Positions 56,845 through 64,000 of a DNA stretch of 64,000 nt are shown here, in pieces. The notes under the pieces are model-generated. The model did no database searches. It was given only the letters and a program-made list of their open reading frames with translations, and was not told the origin of the DNA. The first letter of the stretch is position 1. Every line of letters begins with the position of its first letter. Both the position numbers and the translations under genes were made by a program. Source of the DNA: Candidatus Multivorans sp. (GTDB taxonomy: Bacteria > Acidobacteriota > Thermoanaerobaculia > Multivoradales > Multivoraceae); the NCBI GenBank assembly GCA_965247095.1, contig OZ251997.1, forward strand, positions 672,001 through 736,000, in the 5' to 3' direction.

Positions 56845-59430
56845 GTGCGGAAACTGACGGCCGGACTCGTTCTTGTCACCGCGAGTGTGTTGGTGGCGGC
56901 ATCGCCGGCCGCCGCGGTCGAGTTGGACGCGGACTTGAGAGCCCGCGTCGATGCCCTGATTGCGGAGGTCGACCGCTCACCGACCACCGCCGCCAACATC
57001 GCCGAGCGGATGCCGGTGCTCTGGGAATGGGCGAACGCCGTTTCGCTCCAGGGCGCCTTCGTGCCCAAGAACCTGCCCCTGGTGGCGTTCTACGGTCCGT
57101 TTCCCAGACCGGGCACGGAACCGTCGCCGTTCCAGGTCGAGGCCGTCGACGACTACGTGCGGCAGCTTGCCTGGTTGGACGAGGACGATGCGGCCCTGGG
57201 TACGGTCGCGCGAACGGGATCGGCGGTGTTCGAGGCGCGCAGTTGGGCGACGATCGAGGTCGTCTACACGGTCGGTTCGCTCGGCATGAGCGAGGGCGGC
57301 GGCCTGGTCGTCTCGACCCAGGGCGCCGGCGGCTACGGGCTGCTTCAGTCCACGGACCCCGCCGGCGACCACTACGTCTCCGCTCGGGTGAGCCGGGATG
57401 GGATCAGCCTGGAACAGGACACGCACCCGATCTGGGGTCCTTACGGCGGCTTCCGGAGTCCGGTCGGTTTCCCGACTTTTCGGGTTCGCGGCGGGGATTT
57501 GTCGGCCGGCGACACGATCACCCTGACCTACGGCGGCACGAGCGGCGGCGGCCGGGGGCTCGCCGTCGGTGAATTCAGCAACGACCGGATCGCCCTGCCG
57601 CTCCACGTCGACCCGGGCGGCGGCCGGGTCTACGAGTTGGCGCCGGCGACGTTTGAGGTGGTGGGCGGCGCGGCGGAGCGGGTTCACGGCTTCGCCCCGT
57701 CCATCGTCGGCGACGGCGAGACGTTCGTCATCTCGGTGCGCAGCGAGGACCGCCGCTACAACCGGGCGACCCGGGACATTCCCGACCTTCAGGTGTTCCG
57801 CGACGGGGAGCAGGTGGGTGAATTGCCGGCGGGTCAGGCGATCCACCTGATGGAGGTCACGGCGGAGGGAGAGGGGGTCCACCGCTACACCTTCCGTAGC
57901 CCGGACGGGGCGGTGACGGGCGCCGCCAATCCCGTATGGGTGAGGGCGGAACCCGAACACCGCCTCTACTGGGGCGAAACCCACGGCCACTCCGGATTCG
58001 CCGAGGGGCAGGGCACGCCCGAGGGGTACTTCGGCTTCGCCCGGGACGACGCCCGGCTCGACTTCGTGACCCTGAGCGAGCACGACCTGTGGCTGACCGA
58101 CGGTCTTTGGCAGCAGATGACCGACGCGGTACTCGAGTACCACCGCGAGGGAGAGCTTCTCGTCTTCGCCGGCTACGAGTGGACTTCGCCGCGGCAACGC
58201 GGCGGCCACCACAACGTGTTCTTCCGGCGCGCCGACATGCGGCGGGTCGGTGTCCAGGTCGCGCCCGACCTGTCCGCGCTCTACCGGGGCCTGCGCGCCG
58301 AGTACGACACGGACGACGTCCTGATCATCCCGCATGCGCACCAGAACGGCGACTGGCGGCAGAACGACTTCCAGATGGAGAACCTGATCGAGATCATGTC
58401 CGGCCACGGCACCTTCGAGTGGTTCGGCAGCCGCTACCTCGAGCAGGGCTTTCGGGTCGGCTTCGTGTCGGCCTCGGACGACCACCGCGGGCATCCGGGC
58501 TACTCGCCCGGTCACCAGGCCGGGGCTTCCGGGCGACGGTCGAACATCTTCCAGTTCGGCGGTCTCGCGGCCGCCTGGGCGCCGGCCCGCACCACGGACG
58601 CGGTGTTCGGGGCGCTCAAGGCGCGCCGGGCGTACGCGACGACCGGGGCGCAACGAATCGTGCTCGACGCGCGGCTGAACGGCGCGCCGATGGGCAGTGA
58701 ACTGGACCAGACGGACCGCCGCGTGCTGGAAGGTCGGGCCATCGGCACGGCGCCGATCCGCCGCGTCGACCTGATCCGCAACGGCGAGGTGGTGGCCACC
58801 TTCGACAGCCGCGGCGCCGGTGGTTCGGCGTTGCCGGAGGGCCAGTTCGAGGCCCTGGTCAGCTTCTTCTCCGAGACCTGGGTGGACATCCGGGACAACC
58901 CGCGCGGTCAGCGCCCCTGGTCGGGCGGCGTGACGGTCGAGGGCGCCAACGTGGTGAGCGGCAGGCTGACCGGTACGCCGCTGCCGGCCGACCGCTTCAG
59001 CGTCGACGGCAACGGCGCCCGCTTCGACGTGACCACCCGCGGCTCGCGCCGCTCCTTCGCCCTGGTGCTGGCGGGCGATCCGTCGGAGGTCCGGCTCAAC
59101 TTCGAGATCGACGCCGGGTTCGAGTACGGCACGGCGCCGACCCAGGTGCGGACTCCGCAACAGTTCGCCGCCGCCGGCTTCACCCTGGCCTTGCCTGAAG
59201 ACCCCGGGACAGGGTCGGCCTCCCGCGGGGGCAACGAGCACGTGTTCCATGAGGGCGACTACCGCGACAGCGTGCGGGTCGACCTCCTCGAGGGCCTGCG
59301 TGACGACGTGACCTTCCGCTTCACCGACTTCGGCGACCAGGAGGACTGGTACTACCTGCGCGTCGAGCAGATCGACGGCCACCTCGCGTGGTCGAGCCCA
59401 TGGTGGGTCGGCGGCGAGAAGCCGCGCTAG
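56845..59430 (+). CDS. Exported PHP-like / DUF3604-related protein with extra N-terminal domains
   Basis: GGAGG RBS and signal peptide. Motifs YWGETHGHS, LSEHD, GYEWT, HHNV, IPH, SDDH and WYYLRVEQ..AWSSP. Confidence 0.83.
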   Translation: MRKLTAGLVLVTASVLVAASPAAAVELDADLRARVDALIAEVDRSPTTAANIAERMPVLWEWANAVSLQGAFVPKNLPLVAFYGPFPRPGTEPSPFQVEAVDDYVRQLAWLDEDDAALGTVARTGSAVFEARSWATIEVVYTVGSLGMSEGGGLVVSTQGAGGYGLLQSTDPAGDHYVSARVSRDGISLEQDTHPIWGPYGGFRSPVGFPTFRVRGGDLSAGDTITLTYGGTSGGGRGLAVGEFSNDRIALPLHVDPGGGRVYELAPATFEVVGGAAERVHGFAPSIVGDGETFVISVRSEDRRYNRATRDIPDLQVFRDGEQVGELPAGQAIHLMEVTAEGEGVHRYTFRSPDGAVTGAANPVWVRAEPEHRLYWGETHGHSGFAEGQGTPEGYFGFARDDARLDFVTLSEHDLWLTDGLWQQMTDAVLEYHREGELLVFAGYEWTSPRQRGGHHNVFFRRADMRRVGVQVAPDLSALYRGLRAEYDTDDVLIIPHAHQNGDWRQNDFQMENLIEIMSGHGTFEWFGSRYLEQGFRVGFVSASDDHRGHPGYSPGHQAGASGRRSNIFQFGGLAAAWAPARTTDAVFGALKARRAYATTGAQRIVLDARLNGAPMGSELDQTDRRVLEGRAIGTAPIRRVDLIRNGEVVATFDSRGAGGSALPEGQFEALVSFFSETWVDIRDNPRGQRPWSGGVTVEGANVVSGRLTGTPLPADRFSVDGNGARFDVTTRGSRRSFALVLAGDPSEVRLNFEIDAGFEYGTAPTQVRTPQQFAAAGFTLALPEDPGTGSASRGGNEHVFHEGDYRDSVRVDLLEGLRDDVTFRFTDFGDQEDWYYLRVEQIDGHLAWSSPWWVGGEKPR

Positions 59431-59563
59431 TCGGCGGCGGCGCCGTCGGTGGTACCCGCCGGCCCGGGGGCCTGTAGGGAGGGTCCCTGCGGCCGTCACG
59501 TGAGCGTCGGCGGCGGTAGGGTTCAGCGGTGGCCGGCACTGGGGCAACTCGTTTGGGATCGGT

Positions 59564-60751
59564 GTGACGGACGCGGCGGGGCTTTACGTCCACATCCCGT
59601 TTTGTTCGGCGATCTGCCCGTACTGTGACTTCGCGGTTGCTCGGGGTGGGGCGGGGGATCGGCGCCGGTTCGTCGCGGCCCTTTGCACGGAGATCGATTG
59701 CTGCAGTTCGGGCGGAAGCGATGGCGTGCGGTCCGAGGGGGGCTGGGCCTTCGAAGCGAGCCGGTTCGACACGGTCTACTTCGGCGGTGGCACGCCATCT
59801 GCGCTCAATCTCGAACAGCTTGAGGCGATTCGGCGGCGACTCGAAACGGCGTTTGAAATCGACGCGGAGGCGGAGTGGACAATCGAGGCGAATCCGGAGG
59901 ATGCCGCTACAGAGTCGCTCGCGGGTTGGCGAGAGCTTGGCTTCGATCGCATCAGCCTTGGTCTGCAGGCCCTGGACGACGAGGCGCTGCGGTTCCTCGG
60001 TCGCCGGCACGATGCGGCTGAGGCGAGAGCGAGTGTGGAACGGGCCCGTGCGGCCGGCTTCCGGTCGGTTTCAATCGACCTGATTTACTCGTTGCCCGGT
60101 TTCGACGCCGGCCGGTGGCGCAGGACGATTGAAGAGGCTGCGGTGCTTGGCCCGGACCACCTCTCCTGCTACGAGCTGACGATTCACGACGGGACGCCGT
60201 TCGGACGTCGGCGCGACGCGGGCCGGCTGCACGAGACCGGCGAGGACGAGCGGGCCGCCAACTTCGTTGCCGCCCACCGCCTTCTCGAGGAACGCGGCTA
60301 CGAGGGGTACGAGGTCTCGAGCTTCGCGCGCGACGAGGAGCACCGGAGCCGCCACAACGGCAAGTACTGGCGCCATGCGCCCTACCTGGGTCTGGGGCCG
60401 TCCGCGCACTCGTTCGCCGGCCGCAGCCGGTGGTGGAACGTCGCGCCGTGGAAGCGCTGGAGCGACGCCGTGGAGAGCGGTGAGGCACCCGTGGCCGGCC
60501 GGGAGGAACTGACCGATGGGCAGTTGCTTCTGGAGACCGTGATGATGGGACTACGCCAGCGGTCCGGTATCGACTGCGAGACGATGGAACGGCGATTCGG
60601 AATCGCGCCGGAACGCGCCAACGCCGAGCAGATCGAAACCTGGCAGAAGGCAGGCTGGCTGCGGATCAGCGGGCGCCGCCTGCAACCGACGCTTGAGGGG
60701 ATGGCGCGCGCCGACCGGCTGGCCGCGGAGTGGGAGTTGGGCGGGGCCTAG
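59564..60751 (+). CDS. hemW: Radical SAM heme chaperone HemW
   Basis: LYVHIPFC, CxxxCxxC (CSAICPYC), YFGGGTPS, YEVSSF, HNxxYW and GLGPSAHS. Confidence 0.92.
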   Translation: MTDAAGLYVHIPFCSAICPYCDFAVARGGAGDRRRFVAALCTEIDCCSSGGSDGVRSEGGWAFEASRFDTVYFGGGTPSALNLEQLEAIRRRLETAFEIDAEAEWTIEANPEDAATESLAGWRELGFDRISLGLQALDDEALRFLGRRHDAAEARASVERARAAGFRSVSIDLIYSLPGFDAGRWRRTIEEAAVLGPDHLSCYELTIHDGTPFGRRRDAGRLHETGEDERAANFVAAHRLLEERGYEGYEVSSFARDEEHRSRHNGKYWRHAPYLGLGPSAHSFAGRSRWWNVAPWKRWSDAVESGEAPVAGREELTDGQLLLETVMMGLRQRSGIDCETMERRFGIAPERANAEQIETWQKAGWLRISGRRLQPTLEGMARADRLAAEWELGGA

Positions 60752-62391
60752 CGGAAGACCGACGCCTCAAGTTCCACGTCGGCGCTCTGCCACGCCTTGC
60801 GGAAGCGCTGTTCCGCTTCCTCCGCTTCCGCCTCCCGGCCCTGGTCGCTCAGGGCCTTCGCCAGGCCGAACAGAGACCAGCCGTTGTGCGGGTTGTGCTC
60901 GAGGTCCTGGCGGTAGGCGGCTTCGGCTTCCCGGGCGTGGCCGGCTTCGAGCAGTACGGCGCCGAGTGACTGCCGCACCGGATAGTGGAACGCTGGCGGC
61001 TCGGCGTAGCGGAGACTGTCCTGGAGCGCCACTGCGGATCGCATTTCCTCGATCGCGCGCTCTGTGCGTCCCTTCGCGGCGTGGATCTCGCCCGCTACCA
61101 GGTGCTCGGTGAGGCGGACCAGGTCTCTTCCCTGGGCGAAGGAGATGCGGATGTCGGCCAGTTCGGGGTTGCGCCGCAACTTTCCGAGCGCCTTCAGGTG
61201 TCTCTTCGCAGCCTTGGCGTTTCCGGTGGCGGCCGCGGCAAGGCCTTGGGCGTAGCGCCACATCGCGGTCTGGAAGGTCTGTCCGGCCGGCGGTTGGGGA
61301 GTCTCCAGGATCTCCTGCCAGCGGCCGAAACGGATGCGGGCGAACAGCGGCGTGGCCAGGTAGTTCTGCAGGAAGGCGAGAGTGGAAGCCATCTCCGCTG
61401 GGACTTCCCCGGCCAGCGAGTCGGCGCTCTCGATGGCCAGCGCGGCACGGCCGCCGAAAGTTGCCGAGGCCCACAGGAAGTGGATGTTGTGGGGGTAGTA
61501 GGCGACGGGGTACAGGCCCTGGGCGCTGCACTGGGCGATGTAGTCGAGATCGGCGTCGATCGCGCGCTGGTTCGACGTCACCGCGTCGTCGTAGCGGCCC
61601 ACCCGGATGTAAATGTGGGCGGGCATGTGGACCAGGTGCCCGGCGGAGGGCATGAGCGCGCCGAGTGCGTCGGCGCTGGGCTCGGCGAGGTGGGGTTTGC
61701 GGGCCTCCATCAGGTGGATGTAGTAGTGGTGCGCACCGGGGTGGCGGGGATGTTCGGCCATCACCCGCTCGAGCAGCTTCTTCGCTTCGGGCGTCCCGGG
61801 CTGCGGCTCGCCGCCGCGCCAGTAGTCCCAGGGCATCGTGTTCATGATCGCCGCGGCGTGGAGCGTCGAGGGCTCCGGATCGTCGGGGAAACGCTTCGCA
61901 ACCGCGGCGATGGCCTCGACCCAGGCGGCGTCGAGGGAAGCGCGGTCGGCGCCTTCGTCGGTGGAGTAGCGGCTTGCGAGCGCTTCGATCAGGGCCTGTT
62001 CCCGCTGGCTGGCGTTGTCGCGCCGGTCTTGAGCCTGTTGCAGGCTCTCCAGGGCCTGGAGCTCGCGCTCGTGCGGCATCGAGTCGTTCAGGTTGCGGCC
62101 GAGGGCCAGGGCCTTGCCCCAGTGCGGCATCGCCGCCTCCGGGTCCAGGCGCGTCGCTTCCTCGAAGGCGCGCACGGCTTCGGCGTGGTTGAAGGCGTAG
62201 ACGAGACGCAGCCCTTGGTCGAAGAAGCGCTGCGCCGCCTCCGACGAGGTCGTGATCGGGTAGTGGAGATCGCCGAGACCTTCGAGCATCGGCGCGAGGG
62301 GCTCGTCAGCCCCTTGGACAGGGGTCGCAGCCAGCGCCACGACGATCATCGGCACGAGCGAGAGACTTCGATGGAATCGACCGGTGAGCAT
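60748..62391 (-). CDS. Exported TPR-repeat protein
   Basis: Signal peptide, AQRFFDQGL..YAFNHAEA, HPGAHHYYIH, HLVHMPAHI and PHNGWSLFGL. Confidence 0.88.
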   Translation of the reverse strand: MLTGRFHRSLSLVPMIVVALAATPVQGADEPLAPMLEGLGDLHYPITTSSEAAQRFFDQGLRLVYAFNHAEAVRAFEEATRLDPEAAMPHWGKALALGRNLNDSMPHERELQALESLQQAQDRRDNASQREQALIEALASRYSTDEGADRASLDAAWVEAIAAVAKRFPDDPEPSTLHAAAIMNTMPWDYWRGGEPQPGTPEAKKLLERVMAEHPRHPGAHHYYIHLMEARKPHLAEPSADALGALMPSAGHLVHMPAHIYIRVGRYDDAVTSNQRAIDADLDYIAQCSAQGLYPVAYYPHNIHFLWASATFGGRAALAIESADSLAGEVPAEMASTLAFLQNYLATPLFARIRFGRWQEILETPQPPAGQTFQTAMWRYAQGLAAAATGNAKAAKRHLKALGKLRRNPELADIRISFAQGRDLVRLTEHLVAGEIHAAKGRTERAIEEMRSAVALQDSLRYAEPPAFHYPVRQSLGAVLLEAGHAREAEAAYRQDLEHNPHNGWSLFGLAKALSDQGREAEAEEAEQRFRKAWQSADVELEASVFR

Positions 62392-62446
62392 GGGGTCAGC
62401 GTAGCAGCCGAAGAGCCGGTTACGATCCGCGGTCAGGGGGACTGAA

Positions 62447-63508
62447 GTGGCTCGTATCGCAGTGCTCACCGGCGGGTCGACGCCCGAGCGGACCGTTGCC
62501 CTCGCCGGCGCGGCTCAGGTTGCGGCGGCGGTGCGCGGCCGAGGCCACGAGGTCACCGTGTATGACACGGTCGAGCCCACCGCGCTCGACCGGGAGCTGG
62601 AACAGCGTCGGCTGGGCCAGACAGTCGGTAGCAAGCCGCCGGCGCTTCAGGAGTTGCGGGCGCTGGCCGAGCAGGAGGATCTCGAGGCCCTGCTGGCGGA
62701 GGGCGGCCTTGCCGATCACGACGCCGTGTTCCTGGTCCTGCATGGCCGCCAGGGAGAGGGCGGCGAAGTCCAGGGGCTGCTCGAGGAGGCCGGCGTTGCG
62801 TTCACAGGCAGCGCTGCTTCCGGTAGCGCATTGGCGATGGACAAGGATCGGAGCAAACAGCGATTCAAGGCCGCCCGCATTCCGACTCCCGACTGGGCTC
62901 TGTGGCCGGTACGCGTGGGTGAACTAGCGGCGCTCGGGCTGCCCCTGGTGGTCAAGCCGTCACGCGTCGGCTCGACGGTCGGTCTATCGGTGGTCCGCGA
63001 GACCGGGGAGCTGGACTCGGCGGTGGGCCGTGCTTTGACCTTCGACAACCAGGTACTGCTGGAGCGTTTCGTTGGCGGTGGCGAGTACACCGTCGGCGTG
63101 CTGGAAGGGCGGGCGCTCGCGGTGGGTGAGATCGTGCCGCCGGGAGAGATCTTCGACTACCACAGCAAGTACACGCCAGGGCTGGCTCAGGAGTTGTTCC
63201 CGGCTCGGATCGACGACCAACTCGCGGAGCGACTGCGCGATCTTGCGCTAGCTGCCCACGAGGCCCTGGGCCTGCGGGATTTCTCGCGCGTCGACCTCCG
63301 GCTGGACGCCGCGGGCGAGCCGTACTGCCTGGAGGTCAACACCCTTCCGGGGATGACCCAGACCAGCCTGCTGCCGCAGTCGGCCGCGGTGCTCGGGATC
63401 TCCTTCAATGAGCTCTGCGATCGGATGATCCGTCTGGCGCTCAGCCGGCCGCGGTCGCCGACCGGGGCCGGTTCAGGACGCCGTCGAGCCCCTGCCGCAG
63501 GTCGTTGA
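62447..63508 (+). CDS. ddl: D-alanine--D-alanine ligase
   Basis: GGSTPER, LHGRQGEGG, AMDK, VVKP..GS, FDYHSKY, RVD and LEVNTLPGMT..SLLP. Confidence 0.93.
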   Translation: MARIAVLTGGSTPERTVALAGAAQVAAAVRGRGHEVTVYDTVEPTALDRELEQRRLGQTVGSKPPALQELRALAEQEDLEALLAEGGLADHDAVFLVLHGRQGEGGEVQGLLEEAGVAFTGSAASGSALAMDKDRSKQRFKAARIPTPDWALWPVRVGELAALGLPLVVKPSRVGSTVGLSVVRETGELDSAVGRALTFDNQVLLERFVGGGEYTVGVLEGRALAVGEIVPPGEIFDYHSKYTPGLAQELFPARIDDQLAERLRDLALAAHEALGLRDFSRVDLRLDAAGEPYCLEVNTLPGMTQTSLLPQSAAVLGISFNELCDRMIRLALSRPRSPTGAGSGRRRAPAAGR

Positions 63509-64000
63509 CGAGGTCGTCCGCGCGCTCGATCCCGATCGAGAGTCTTAGAAGCTGGTCGCTGATGCCGGCCGCGGCCCGTGCTTCCGCCGACATGGAGGCG
63601 TGGGACATGGTGGTCGGGTGGGAGATCAGGCTCTCGACGCCGCCGAGGGATTCGGCGAGCGAGAGGCAGGTGAGGTTCGAGACCAGGTCGGCCACGTCCT
63701 CGGTCTCCCCGGCGAGTTCGAAGCTGACCATGGCGCCGAAACCGTCCTGCTGGCGCTTGGCGATCTCGTGGCCGGGATGATCGGTCAGGCTCGGGTGAAA
63801 GACCCGCTCCACGGCCGGATGTTCGGCGAGCATTTCGACCACGGCCAGCGCGTTTTCCTCGTGGCAACGTAGACGACTGTGCAATGTGCGCAGTCCGCGC
63901 AGCGTCAGGTAGCTGTCGAAGGGAGCTCCGGCCACGCCCATCATGTTCGCCCACTCCTCGAAGAACTCCTGGAGTTCGTTCGTGGCCGCGACGACCGCGC
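63441..64000 (-). CDS. metB: Cystathionine gamma-synthase (3' part; gene starts beyond the window)
   Basis: FDSYLTLRGLRTL, GFGAMVSF, LAESLGGVESLISHP..MSH and LRLSIGIE. Confidence 0.85.
   Translation of the reverse strand, partial: AVVAATNELQEFFEEWANMMGVAGAPFDSYLTLRGLRTLHSRLRCHEENALAVVEMLAEHPAVERVFHPSLTDHPGHEIAKRQQDGFGAMVSFELAGETEDVADLVSNLTCLSLAESLGGVESLISHPTTMSHASMSAEARAAAGISDQLLRLSIGIERADDLVNDLRQGLDGVLNRPRSATAAG

Noticed and set aside
59474-59490. GTAG-led small hairpin (GTAGGGAGGGTCCCTGC), and a similar GTAGGGGCCGA near 47766
   Set aside because: The stems are short and imperfect with no matching second copy, which is insufficient for a REP call.

Overview
A high-GC (roughly 70% by eye), densely coding chromosomal window. 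The Acidobacterial-type VWFA protein and a Cys-containing C-terminal module suggest Acidobacteriota, probably Thermoanaerobaculia-like (inference). Housekeeping and metabolic genes: lepA, efp+epmA, rnd, fabI, ddl, metB, rocF, hemW, an ICL2-type aceA, dhaA, two xanthine-dehydrogenase-family Mo-enzyme clusters and two DUF3604 genes. Accessory content: a DUF262+HEPN candidate defence pair, two VapBC/FitAB toxin-antitoxin pairs, an antitoxin remnant and several large exported proteins. No rRNA, tRNA, CRISPR array, integrase or transposase was recognised. Most notable observations: (1) an AAA+ / AAA+-linker-vWA pair with chelatase I/D-like architecture and non-canonical Walker B motifs; (2) the DUF262-HEPN module; (3) a propeller-like gene followed by two ~1080-aa tandem paralogs with conserved scaffold and variable loops; (4) a 68-nt two-hairpin dispersed repeat with compensatory base changes; (5) a duplicated PQQ-type sugar dehydrogenase with a 336-nt near-identical tract, one copy carrying 34 consecutive prolines and an extra C-terminal domain; (6) an RNase D fused to a chorismate-lyase-like domain; (7) a Tat-exported Mo-oxidoreductase with a cytochrome b subunit; (8) recurrent extended -10 motifs suggesting leaderless transcripts. 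All family assignments come from motif recognition by eye, not from database searches.
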